This document shows positions 1 through 9,890 of a stretch of DNA of 61,848 bases, piece by piece; the first letter of the stretch is position 1; the number at the start of each line of letters is the position of its first letter. This DNA is from Clostridiales bacterium (lineage in GTDB: Bacteria; Bacillota; Clostridia; Lachnospirales; Lachnospiraceae): NCBI GenBank assembly GCA_021202175.1, contig JAJQDO010000010.1, forward strand, positions 1 to 61,848. The letters run 5' to 3'. The notes under the pieces were generated by a model that searched no databases, was not told the DNA's origin, and saw only the letters and a program-made list of their open reading frames with translations. The position numbers were made by a program, and so were the translations under genes.

Positions 1-1738
1 TTCCCGTCTCTTTCAGATTATTATCAAACTCCGGCGCCAGCTGCTGCTACTCCGAAGTCAGAAGGCTTAACGGTGGGAAAAAATAGTCTTCATGACCTCC
101 CGGTTTTCTGGTCTTCCTCCCGGCACTCTCCCCCGTCGCCGCCTGGGGATCCGCACTCGCGACCTCCTGCGTTTTCCGAACACCAGATACGACCTGCCGC
201 CGGTCTGCTGCTGCTTGAATACCTTCATGTTTTAAAGAAGCAGCATCCCCTTTTGCAAAAAGCTTCTCTCCGGTGCCAGCTGCATCATCTGCATCCACCG
301 CCCTTCCGGCCAATGATTCCGCGAAGGGCTGCTCATTCATAATACCTTCTTCTATGAGGTTGCCTTCTATCACGCTCTCCGGTTCATGACTCTCCACAAC
401 GGTATGTTCTTCCACTGCACTCTTATCCAGAACATAAGCCTCGGAAGGGATGATTTCTTCCGGCAGTCCCTTTCTTCCTTCTTTCTGCTTTTGTTCTTCT
501 TTTTGCGCGTAAAAAACAGCTTCTTTCTGCTTCTCCATCTCTTCTTCGAATTCTTCCGGTGTTTTTCCGCTGTTAAAAGAAAATGCCGTAAAGTCCAGTC
601 TTCCCTCGAAGGCTTTCGGTTTCCCGTCTTCCGCTGTGAAGGGGTATATCTCCGGATGAAGTTCTCTCACCGAATCTTTCGGTTTTACTTCATCAGAGGA
701 AGTAAAGACCGGTACATGAATCTTAATCTCCGGCTCCTTTTTCGATATCCCATCCTCCGGAGCTTCCACTTCTTCTCCCTCTGCTTCCACCTTCCGGCTC
801 TTTTTTACATCGGATTTCTTTTCTTCCATTTCCTTCAATTTATCTTCACACTGTTTTGTACGGATCTTATCCGAAACCGTTTCCTTCTCTTTTTTCTCTT
901 TCTCTTTTTTCTCCTTCCTCTCCTTGGCTGCCTGGGCATACTTCTCCCTGGTTTCTTTCACTTTGCTCTGCGTAGTATTGACACAATTACGGAAAAATCC
1001 CACAAAGGATCTTTGCGCCAGCACGATCAGAGCCAATAATAAAACGCAAAACAGAATAACCATAGCGCCAGGCGTACCAAACAGATTCTTCAGCAGCAGT
1101 CCGATACCACCGCCGATCATACCTCCTGCATGATGATCCTCCACTGCGGCAGCGAACAGATTATAAAATTCGTTTACCTCGCCCTGATATATGATCTGCG
1201 CAAATGCTGAAATAATCATGAGGACTACAAAACCAGCCACGCATTTTTTCATGGCCAGCACACTGTAATCATTCGCGATCAGTACTGCCACCATAAGAAA
1301 AAAAGCGACCGGCATCACATACTGTACGCATCCGAAAATGCCAAAGAAAAAGCTAGCCAGCCATACACCCACGATCCCGCAATATCCAAAATTACTCAAA
1401 AGAAGAATCAGCATAATTCCAAAAGAAGCAATCAGCTGTATTTCATTTTTCATGGGAATCCCCCGAGATTGCTCTTCTTGCGGCGAAGATGTTCCTTTTT
1501 TATTCTTGGCCTTTCCAGTCTGTCCTTTTGCTGACGCAGACTTTGCCCGGGCATTTCCTCCTGTTTTCTTCGTTGTATTCCTGCTTGTATTGCTCGTCAC
1601 ACTCTTCGCTGTATTTTTATTCGTATGATCTGCTGCGCCTTTCGTTGTACTCTTTTTGGTATGATTCTTTTCTGTCGCTGTCTTTGATTTGTTTTTTTCT
1701 GTATTTGATTCACTGTTCTTTGTACTATTATTCGCCAT
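1..1738 (-). CDS. ftsK: FtsK/SpoIIIE DNA translocase, N-terminal part (membrane domain and linker); continues off the left edge; in-frame TAG at 47-49
   Basis: Basic N-terminus, multi-TM region with GGMIGG motif, long charged linker ending YFFPPLSLL, as seen before the FtsK motor domain. The frame stays open after the TAG (QQLAPEFDNNLKETG). tepA-ftsK order is typical of Firmicutes. Confidence 0.8.
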
Positions 1739-1909
1739 ACCTTATATCCTCTTCATCCATAGCATAGGACAAATTACATTCGCCACTCACTATTTATAAC
1801 AACTATTATCCAACCTCTCTATCATCATAGCATAAATTGCACACAAAAAAAAGTGTTCTTGTCACAAATAACACTTTAATTTCCTAATTTATTACGGATG
1901 GGTAATGAA

Positions 1910-2566
1910 TCACGCGCGGGAGATCGCGCTATGCAGCCATCGCAGCGCGTCCGAAATCCCGCCCACTTCATCAGCGAGACCGACATCCACTGCGTCTTCT
2001 CCCACCAATATGGTTCCCAAATCCTTCGCCATAATCCCCTTGCGGAGCATCATTTCTTCCAGATCTTTCTTTTTCGCCCGGGAATGACTCGCCGTGAAAT
2101 CCAGTATCCTGTCCTGAATCAATTTAAAATATTCAAAAGTCTGCGGTGCTCCGATGACCGTTCCATTCAATCTTACCGGATGGATCAACATCGTCGCCGT
2201 GGGCGCAATAATCGTATGATCCGATGCGACAGACAAGGGCACGCCGATGGAATGACTGTCCCCAATAATAAGGGAAACCACAGGTTTCTGAATGGACGCC
2301 ACCATCTCTGCCACTGCCAGCCCGCAGGAGCAGTCTCCGCCTACTGTATTAATAAGAAGCAATACTCCGTCAACCGCTTCGTCATCCTGCGCCCTGGCCA
2401 ACAGGGGCAGTAAATGTTCGTACTTGGTCGTTTTCGTTCTCTCATTTGCCAGTTCGTATCCTTCGATCTCTCCAATGACCGTTAAAAACAAAATACAATC
2501 CCCGGCTGCATTATTTTTCAGGAATTCCTGGCCAAACTCTATGATAGATTCTCCCTGATTCTGCAT
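1910..2566 (-). CDS. tepA: ClpP-like translocation-enhancing protein TepA
   Basis: IGEIEG..TTKYEHLLP, INTVGGD, SHSIGVP and MLIHPVR motifs. Start moved to ATG 2566, which has an AAGGAGG RBS. Confidence 0.8.
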   Translation of the reverse strand: MQNQGESIIEFGQEFLKNNAAGDCILFLTVIGEIEGYELANERTKTTKYEHLLPLLARAQDDEAVDGVLLLINTVGGDCSCGLAVAEMVASIQKPVVSLIIGDSHSIGVPLSVASDHTIIAPTATMLIHPVRLNGTVIGAPQTFEYFKLIQDRILDFTASHSRAKKKDLEEMMLRKGIMAKDLGTILVGEDAVDVGLADEVGGISDALRWLHSAISRA

Positions 2567-2761
2567 ATTTCCTCCTTTTGACCGACTAAAAACACATCGG
2601 ACATTATGCCTCATTTTCTTATTTTCCAATAAAGAAACTGGAAGAGATTCCTGTCGAAAAATCCTGTTCTCTTTTTTGTGAAAGCAAAAGAAATGATCTG
2701 TATCTGCTACTCTTCATTAGCATATCCAATTCGATCATATTCATGCAGAATCTGTCATCAT

Positions 2762-3520
2762 CTATTCGAAACCGTATTCCTGAATCAGTGCCGCCAGTGT
2801 TCCATCAGACTGTATCTCAGCAAGGCCGTCGGCAATCACATCCGGTATCCCACGTTCTTGCGATGCCGTAAAACAATGAACGCTAAAATATTTCTCACTT
2901 TCTTTTAATTTCTTCAATGTACTTTCCGTCTGTTTCAAGGAGGAGAAGTTCGCCGCATCAATCACAGCCGCCTGGGAATATCCCTTCGTCAGATCTTCCA
3001 CCACATCTGTCACTCTTTGAAACACGATGGACTCGCCATCGTACTCGGATGAAAGATATCTCGCAAAAGATTCCTCTCCTGTTCCTGCCCTTGCGGAGAT
3101 AGAGGCATCCAGCAGATCATCAGTATCCTCCACGCCGCTTCCTTTTATCACAACCAGACAGAGCTTCGTCTCACAGATGATGTCCGACTGAACGTAGTCC
3201 GTGAGATCGCCGACCTCTGTTTCTATGGTTCCCAGATACAGATCACAGGAAGCGTCATCCGCCATATATTCTGCCGCTGACAAGGACACGAATTCATAAG
3301 TAAAATCTTCTTCCTTCTGCAGAGCATCCATCAACTTTACATAAAAACCCGCCGGCTCCCCACTTTCATCTGTGAAATAACATGGGGCGTTATCATTCTC
3401 AACGCCAATGATGACATCTGCACTTTCCGTCTGTGGTTCTTCTTCCTGATTCGAAGAGGAACATCCCGTGAGAAGCAGGATCCCCATCAGAAAAATCATC
3501 CCGTAATTCGTATTTTTCAT
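2762..3520 (-). CDS. Polar amino-acid-type ABC substrate-binding lipoprotein (family 3)
   Basis: Lipobox LLLTGC; IGVENDNAP..GF segment; C-terminal GLAEIQSDGTL. No permease or ATPase adjacent. Confidence 0.7.
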   Translation of the reverse strand: MKNTNYGMIFLMGILLLTGCSSSNQEEEPQTESADVIIGVENDNAPCYFTDESGEPAGFYVKLMDALQKEEDFTYEFVSLSAAEYMADDASCDLYLGTIETEVGDLTDYVQSDIICETKLCLVVIKGSGVEDTDDLLDASISARAGTGEESFARYLSSEYDGESIVFQRVTDVVEDLTKGYSQAAVIDAANFSSLKQTESTLKKLKESEKYFSVHCFTASQERGIPDVIADGLAEIQSDGTLAALIQEYGFE

Positions 3521-3609
3521 TTAAGCCTCCACAAAAACACAAGTTCAAATCTATCATGTTTAAAGTCTTTACAAGTTCAAATCCTTCTGGTTTTAAAACC
3601 TTCGCAAAA

Positions 3610-4977
3610 TCACAGATTCAAATCCCTTTTGTAAATGGAAATCCTTTTTTCAATCTCTTTAAGCTCCCGGTCGATTTCTTCTATCCGTTTTTTCTTTGCA
3701 TCGATATCTACCTTCGCTGTCCTTATTGATTTTGTAATATAACGGGGCAGATTGAGGTTGTAATCATTTTTTGATATCTCCTCCCGCTCTACCCGGCTGC
3801 AAAATCCCGGAACAGATCGTCGCTCTTTCCATGCAATCTCTATGGAATGATACTGCTCTTTTCCCAAACTCTCCATCTCCGAGCAGTCGAAAAACATGAT
3901 ATCCTTCACAATCCGTTTCTTGCGAAACAGAAGAAATACCTCTTTCTGCCCTGCAGATTGAAAAATAAAATCCGGCAGAAGCATCACCGTATCCAGGCAA
4001 TTCAAATCCTCAACAATATATCTGCGAATGGAGGATTCCCTGCCTTCTCTGTAAAGAAGGGCGCTCGGCAATACCGCCGCCATAACGCCTCCCTCGCTCA
4101 TCAGTGAAAAAGCAGAAAGCAGAAAAGGAAATTCGCCCTTCGACGTGGAAGCGGTCTCTCTCAACATTCGTTCCTTCTGTTCTCCGTAAAAAAGCAGTGT
4201 TCCAGCCTCCACGCCTTCCGGCATGAAGATGCCGATGCTGTCAAAAGACGGGCGGCTTTCTTCCGCATCTTCCCACGTGCGTTTATCATATAAATGTACA
4301 GATTCCCGCGATTTTCCGTTCATATAACAGAGGATCTCCACGATCTCCCGAAATCCTTCCTGTTCTTCATATCCGAAGATTTCCGTCCCGGAAGTGTCTC
4401 TTGCCATAGCATCAATTAAAATACCATATTGGAATTCCGGCACAAATATGGTTTCCGGTTTCTTCATGGTTTGCCGATAAAATAATCGATATAGCTGCAA
4501 AAGCTCCTCTGATACATGCGTCTCCTTTTTTGCCCTCGCAAACTCTTTCATCAGATCAGCAAACAACAGCGGATACTGCTTTAACAGCAGATCTTCGCAA
4601 GCCCAGGCGTCCATCTTTTTAATCAGTTTCCGGATAAATCTCGCATAGCTTTTCTGTTTTTCCAGCTGCTGTACATTTTCCAGCTTACGATAGAAGGAGA
4701 GGTCTGTGAGCCGCAGGCATTTACTGCAATGATATATGAAAGGAGATGCCGCGTCAATAAATCGCAAAAAAGATGGTATCTGCAGCTTGCCTCTCACAGC
4801 CATGCGAACCATCGCTTCCAGTTTATAAGCATCCTCCAGTTTCTCCTCATAGCGGAGACAAAGGTACTGATAAAACAGCAAAAAGACACAGCTGTCCCTA
4901 TATTCTTCAAAGGTCAGGCCGGGATGACTCTCCCCGAGAATCGACATAAATTCATAATTCAGTTGTTTTTCATTCAT
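3610..4977 (-). CDS. Type I restriction-modification HsdM-like protein with degenerate catalytic motifs
   Basis: HsdM-like N-terminus (FLLFYQYL) and C-terminus (GGVMAAVLPSALLYREGRESSIRRYIV, NDYNLNLPRYI). Motif I reads IFVPEFQYG and motif IV reads FDSIGIFMP, with no NPPY/F. Confidence 0.75.
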   Translation of the reverse strand: MNEKQLNYEFMSILGESHPGLTFEEYRDSCVFLLFYQYLCLRYEEKLEDAYKLEAMVRMAVRGKLQIPSFLRFIDAASPFIYHCSKCLRLTDLSFYRKLENVQQLEKQKSYARFIRKLIKKMDAWACEDLLLKQYPLLFADLMKEFARAKKETHVSEELLQLYRLFYRQTMKKPETIFVPEFQYGILIDAMARDTSGTEIFGYEEQEGFREIVEILCYMNGKSRESVHLYDKRTWEDAEESRPSFDSIGIFMPEGVEAGTLLFYGEQKERMLRETASTSKGEFPFLLSAFSLMSEGGVMAAVLPSALLYREGRESSIRRYIVEDLNCLDTVMLLPDFIFQSAGQKEVFLLFRKKRIVKDIMFFDCSEMESLGKEQYHSIEIAWKERRSVPGFCSRVEREEISKNDYNLNLPRYITKSIRTAKVDIDAKKKRIEEIDRELKEIEKRISIYKRDLNL

Positions 4978-5001
4978 TCATCTTCACCTTCTCAAAAGTG
5001 A

Positions 5002-5595
5002 TCAAAGTGTCTTCAAGTGCCGCATCATCTCTTCTGACAGGACTGACTGCTCCAGTTTCATCCGTTCCATAAGAAGCAGCTGCTTTTTCTTCTGGTAATA
5101 ATACAGCTTACCGATCGACATCTGTGTGGACAGATCAGGGCACTCGATCATCAGCTGGCGAATCATATGAATCGAGAGAACCTTCACCGAGGAATTCCCC
5201 TGGATCGCGATATCTCTCTGTAATGTAATGTCGAGATGTTCATTAAAATACCACGCGAAATAATAGGGATCCATGATGCCATTGTGGAATTCTATGGATA
5301 CAAAGTTGGAGGGAATGATCTTCCCTTCATGCTGTTTCTCCAGAACCGCTGCCCGATGAAATGAAGTCAATCCTATCACAATACTATGCTCTTTGGCAAT
5401 ATTCAGATTCTTTATCTTTTTTTTATCCACAAAAACAGAAGGAACCTCATAATCCCTGATACCATTCTCTTCATCCAGCAGCTGGCTGATCGACAAAATG
5501 GGATATTCGATCCCTTCACTTTGTACTTTTGACTTTATACGATTCAAAACCACACCATGTGTGATCTGGCTGATCTGTTCAAGCAGAAGTTCCAC
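5002..5595 (-). CDS. Half-size type I specificity subunit (HsdS-like: one TRD plus coiled coil)
   Basis: LEQISQITHG start, DPYYFAWYFN, QGNSSVKVLS..IECPDLSTQ..I and a helical tail; directly upstream of the hsdM-like gene. Confidence 0.65.
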   Translation of the reverse strand: MELLLEQISQITHGVVLNRIKSKVQSEGIEYPILSISQLLDEENGIRDYEVPSVFVDKKKIKNLNIAKEHSIVIGLTSFHRAAVLEKQHEGKIIPSNFVSIEFHNGIMDPYYFAWYFNEHLDITLQRDIAIQGNSSVKVLSIHMIRQLMIECPDLSTQMSIGKLYYYQKKKQLLLMERMKLEQSVLSEEMMRHLKTL

Positions 5596-5783
5596 AACAT
5601 CTACCCCTCTTTCACGTGTTATTTTCCATTATAACTTCTTTTTTTCTTTTCGGCAACAAAAACCGCTATAAAAACAGGATAATATCGTTGAATCTGTATT
5701 TTTTTCGTTTTATAATAAAAAAGAAAGCATAAACCAGAAACCCGCGGTATCAATCCTCGGGTTACGCAGCCTGCAGAAATCAC

Positions 5784-5902
5784 AACATCGCAGTCAATTA
5801 TATATAAACATTCTGTAAATCAGAAATATCATGTACATTCTGCAGCCAAAAGTATCGAAACATTCTGCAGTCAAATATTTTAAACATTTTATAGAAATAT
5901 AA
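5784..5902 (+). repeat. Five degenerate tandem units of about 25 bp (AACATTCTGCAGTCAAATAT-like)
   Basis: Units start at 5784, 5807, 5834, 5859 and 5883. Confidence 0.5.
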
Positions 5903-5919
5903 ATCAGAGAGGAGTTATC

Positions 5920-6723
5920 ATGAAAATATCAAAAGTATTCTGCGCATATTTCAGTCCGGGCGGCACGACAAAAAAAGTGGTGCGCGGCATCGGAGATTCT
6001 TTCAGAGATTATCCGGACTACCCCGTAGAAGAGATCAACCTGACAGATTACAATGTAAGACGGGATCGATTTGAATTCAACGAAAACCATCTGCTCATCA
6101 TCGGTGCTCCCGCTTATGGCGGCCGGATTCCGACCCCGGTCAGCGAGGTTCTCGACCATTTCCACGGCGTCAACACCCCAGTTGTCCTGGTTGCTACGTA
6201 TGGCAACCGGGCCATCGACGACACATTAATGGAATTAAAAATGGAACTGAGCGAGAGAGGATTCATTCCCGTTGCCGCCGCTTCCTTCGTCGGCCAGCAC
6301 ACCTTCTTAAGCGATCTGGCCTTTGGCCGTCCCGATGAAGATGATCTGGCCATCGCCAAGGAATTCGGCGACAAACTGAAAGAATGCCTGCGTCTCGCCG
6401 TCATTTATGATATGAAAAAGCTGGATATTCCAGGAAGCTACCCCTATGCAAAGCAGCCGATGACTTCCTTCCCTTTCAATGTGGAGACGAACGAATATTG
6501 TATCTATTGTATGCTGTGCGCCGATGTCTGTCCGATGCAGGCCATCAGCGACAGCAATCCTTACGACATCGATCACGATACCTGCATCCGCTGCGGCTCC
6601 TGCATCCGCGTCTGTCCGGCCCAGGCGAAATCGTTCACCCAGGGACCATTGGAGCAGTTGCAGGACAATCTTTTGCGGCCTTTATGCGATACAAGGAAAG
6701 AACCATGGTATGTGATCGGATGA
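5920..6723 (+). CDS. Flavodoxin-like / 2x[4Fe-4S] ferredoxin fusion (EFR1-type)
   Basis: YFSPGGTT FMN-loop-like motif, PAYGGRIP, TYGNR; C-terminal CIYCMLCADVCP and CIRCGSCIRVCP. Confidence 0.85.
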   Translation: MKISKVFCAYFSPGGTTKKVVRGIGDSFRDYPDYPVEEINLTDYNVRRDRFEFNENHLLIIGAPAYGGRIPTPVSEVLDHFHGVNTPVVLVATYGNRAIDDTLMELKMELSERGFIPVAAASFVGQHTFLSDLAFGRPDEDDLAIAKEFGDKLKECLRLAVIYDMKKLDIPGSYPYAKQPMTSFPFNVETNEYCIYCMLCADVCPMQAISDSNPYDIDHDTCIRCGSCIRVCPAQAKSFTQGPLEQLQDNLLRPLCDTRKEPWYVIG

Positions 6724-6732
6724 TCCTGCCCG

Positions 6733-8427
6733 TCAGGACGCCTGCTGTGTCAGGTATTCCAGCCATTTTTTGTTAAAACCGCTCAGCCAGTCACCGCACA
6801 GCAACGTCGGATAGGTGAGCGTCGATTCTTCCGTGGCTGTCGATTCGTCGCTCCCCTCTTCGGCGGTTGTTTCTACTGTCGATTTCTCGGCAGTCGTCGT
6901 CTGCGCTGCTTCTTCCCCCGCGGCGGTTGTTTCTGTTGTCGAATCTTCTGCCACCGTTGTCTCTCCAGCCTCCTCTTCTGTTGATTCTGTCTGCACAGTG
7001 ATCATCTGGATATCAAAAGTAACCACTACATGAGACGCATAGTATTTCACCTGATAATCAGACAAGGCATCGGCAAAGAGCAGGGCCTGTTTGCGCGTGA
7101 CGATCTGCGCGGCATTTTTGAAGGAATCATCGATCGCCAATCCATTTTTTATCAGCAGGGCAAAGGCTTCTTTCTCATCATCAGAAAGATTTTCGGTATT
7201 CGTCGTCCCCTCAAGGAGTTCTTCCACCTTCTCATCGGATAAATGTTCCGGATACAGATCGTTGATCAGCTCTGCCAGACGAGCGACCGTCACCTTTCCC
7301 TTTCCGTCGGTATTCCCCTGAACAAAGGTTTTCAGGACAGCGCTTCCACTTAAATTATTAATACCCCGAAGCATCTTCGCCAGCTCTTTCCTCGTGATGG
7401 CCTTATTAGAGCCAAAGGTACCGTTATTATTTCCGGGGTAGCAGTTCAGACTGGCGTATTCATTATAAACTTCCTGCAGTTCTTCATCTTCGGAATACCG
7501 TACATCATAATTACTCTTTGTCAGTTCCAGTTTCCCCTTCTCGTATTTTTCAAAAGTATAATCTAACAGCTTTCGGATGGAAGAAAATGTACTTTCCTTA
7601 CTGACGTTGCCAAAATAAGCGCAGATCACTTCGTGCCCCTCGTCATCGATGGCCGTAGCGATAAATACGTTTCCGGCCGCGTTGGTCGTGCCGGATTTCG
7701 ATCCGATGATCGTATAGGTGTCTTCATCATAGTAAGCCAGCCCGCGCAAAAACCAGTTTGTCGTATTGATGCTCAATTCCAGGCCGGAAGTCACATCATA
7801 ATGGGCCTTCGCCACAGTGGAACGGATGAGCGGAATGGACATGGCATATCGCGTGATCAGCGCCATCTCCGTCGCCGTGGAATAGGTCTCATTAAATCCG
7901 GCGCCGATATCCGATCCCACCGGATTATCAAAACTGGTCTGCGTGAGTCCCAGTTCGGCACATTTGGCGTTCATCGCCTCCACACAGGCACTCTTCGAAC
8001 CAAATACGCCCACTGCCAGAGAATCCGTGGCATCGGCAGCCGAAGACATCAGGCTCATATGCAGAAGATCCTTAAAGGTATACGTCACGCCGGAACCGAT
8101 TCCCAAACTGTACGTGCCATAGGTGGTTCCGTTTACAACCTCGGACTTCGTCTTGATCTTTCCATTCACATCGCCATTTTCCACGCAGACGATGGCCGTC
8201 ATCAGCTTGGCCGTGCTCGCCGGATAAATCATCTTATCCTCATCCTGCCCGAAAAGGACTTCCCCGGAACCGGCATCCATCACTACATAAGCATGGCATT
8301 CCATTTCCGGCGCCTTTACCCTGGCCTCGCTCCGAAGAGGAAACAAAAGGAACGCAACAGCTGCCAGAAAAGCAATCCATCCCCATTTTTCAAATATCCA
8401 GTTATTTTCCTTTGCTGTCCGATTCAA
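6733..8427 (-). CDS. D-alanyl-D-alanine carboxypeptidase (peptidase S11) with SLH-like segments and T/E-rich repeats
   Basis: Signal peptide; PASTAK (SxxK), FDNPVG, KSG; AITRKELA and IVTRKQA SLH-like motifs. Confidence 0.8.
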   Translation of the reverse strand: MNRTAKENNWIFEKWGWIAFLAAVAFLLFPLRSEARVKAPEMECHAYVVMDAGSGEVLFGQDEDKMIYPASTAKLMTAIVCVENGDVNGKIKTKSEVVNGTTYGTYSLGIGSGVTYTFKDLLHMSLMSSAADATDSLAVGVFGSKSACVEAMNAKCAELGLTQTSFDNPVGSDIGAGFNETYSTATEMALITRYAMSIPLIRSTVAKAHYDVTSGLELSINTTNWFLRGLAYYDEDTYTIIGSKSGTTNAAGNVFIATAIDDEGHEVICAYFGNVSKESTFSSIRKLLDYTFEKYEKGKLELTKSNYDVRYSEDEELQEVYNEYASLNCYPGNNNGTFGSNKAITRKELAKMLRGINNLSGSAVLKTFVQGNTDGKGKVTVARLAELINDLYPEHLSDEKVEELLEGTTNTENLSDDEKEAFALLIKNGLAIDDSFKNAAQIVTRKQALLFADALSDYQVKYYASHVVVTFDIQMITVQTESTEEEAGETTVAEDSTTETTAAGEEAAQTTTAEKSTVETTAEEGSDESTATEESTLTYPTLLCGDWLSGFNKKWLEYLTQQAS

Positions 8428-8620
8428 CTTATATCTCCTCCTCTTATGTATTTTAAAATCTTATATGTTTGATTAGAATGTCAAAAGCCATACATTTCCC
8501 TTGCTGGCTATTTTTCCGAATCTTTGACCACAATATCTATCAACGATGCACCAATGTCATTCACTATCACGCCAATCGTGTCCTGTACAAACAGGCAGTG
8601 TCTGTGCCACCAAGTGCACT

Positions 8621-9421
8621 CTACGAAAAATTACCACGGAACCGTTCCTTCTCACAGAAAGAACGGTCATCTTCCGCGAGTGCCTGTGCCATTTCTGTTA
8701 TCATTTTCACGCACAACATCTCGCAGTCTTTATAGTGCCGGTACAGCCCATTGCAGGTCTTTTTGTCCTGGGAATTTATCATATCCTTCCGGAAAAAATA
8801 TTGATATTCGGATTTCGGGGAAAGGTGATTCTCCACAAAACGCACAATCGCTCGTTTCAAGCCGAAATGAGAGTGAAACAGATGATTTAATATGAATCGC
8901 ATGTGGACAAGACTCGTGCGGGTCTGCTTCGCCGTAATCCCATAGTAAGGGGCGATAACAGAAGAATCCACCGCTTTCGGTTTGATATGTCTGGCCGCGC
9001 GATAATGAAGCGGCGACAGTCCATCCTGCTTCATCATCAGATAATCCCAATCCGTCTCAATCTCCGTGTGAGTAATTCCTGTCTCCCGTATCCTTTTATT
9101 CACATAAGGATGACAACTGCTGTCCAGTATAAAATGTGTCATAAATCCGGCAAGATAGGCAAACGCCTCCGCCTTCCTCTGCTGGCTCTCATAAACGTCA
9201 AAAGCATGAACCAGAAAATCATGCATCGGCTCATTGTGCACCTGTACACCATATTGATTAATCTTATTTTTGGAATATGCTCGATAATAAAATAGAATAT
9301 CCGGCCCGTGTACACCGATATTATAATAGTCCATATAAGGCTGTATCCTTTTCTGTAAATCCGGCTTCAACATCCGGAATATCTTCTGACCATAAGCATA
9401 GTGCGTATAGGTTGATGGCAT
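8621..9421 (-). CDS. Zinc-dependent phospholipase C family protein
   Basis: MPSTYTH start, GVHGPD, GFMTHFILDSSCHPY and HTEIE metal-ligand motifs. Confidence 0.8.
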   Translation of the reverse strand: MPSTYTHYAYGQKIFRMLKPDLQKRIQPYMDYYNIGVHGPDILFYYRAYSKNKINQYGVQVHNEPMHDFLVHAFDVYESQQRKAEAFAYLAGFMTHFILDSSCHPYVNKRIRETGITHTEIETDWDYLMMKQDGLSPLHYRAARHIKPKAVDSSVIAPYYGITAKQTRTSLVHMRFILNHLFHSHFGLKRAIVRFVENHLSPKSEYQYFFRKDMINSQDKKTCNGLYRHYKDCEMLCVKMITEMAQALAEDDRSFCEKERFRGNFS

Positions 9422-9814
9422 AAGTAGTTCCCTTCTTTCCTGTAAAATATCTTTCGCTCAAGCCTTTCTATTTTACCATATCATTCCTGTCCTTAACAAT
9501 CCTTAATTTATCAGGATTGGCATTTAATATAATTCTGTTCACGTATATCGTAAACTGTAAATTTTATAGCCTTTCTATGGTTACTATTCATGGGGTAGTG
9601 GATAGTTCATGTGAGAGTAGGATAACCCATGGACAGATGGAAACAGTAAAATCACAGAATCCGTCCGTACAGAAAGGAGAAACGTACGGACCAAAACAGC
9701 GATATCACAGAATCCGTCTGTACAGAAGAAATGAGATAATAACATTCACCCATCAATATCCCGTGAATCAGTAACTTTTTATGATGAGATACATAGTATT
9801 TTAGGCAAAAATAT

Positions 9815-9843
9815 TTGCTCTTTTATCCTGGAACTGCTATAAT
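9815..9843 (+). promoter_or_regulatory. Sigma-70-type promoter of the PFK gene
   Basis: TTGCTC-17bp-TATAAT with TG extended -10. Confidence 0.6.
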
Positions 9844-9890
9844 GAGTTGATTGTTAGTTTTTAATTATTTTTTTAGGAGGTACATCACTC

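Noticed and set aside
47-49. TAG recoding (alternative genetic code or pyrrolysine)
   Set aside because: Several ordinary genes here (fabF, pdxK, lacX-like, SBP) end normally in TAG, and no pyl genes are in the window.
5784-9727. CRISPR arrays at the short intergenic repeats
   Set aside because: Units are degenerate or only two copies, lack regular unique spacers, and no cas genes are present.
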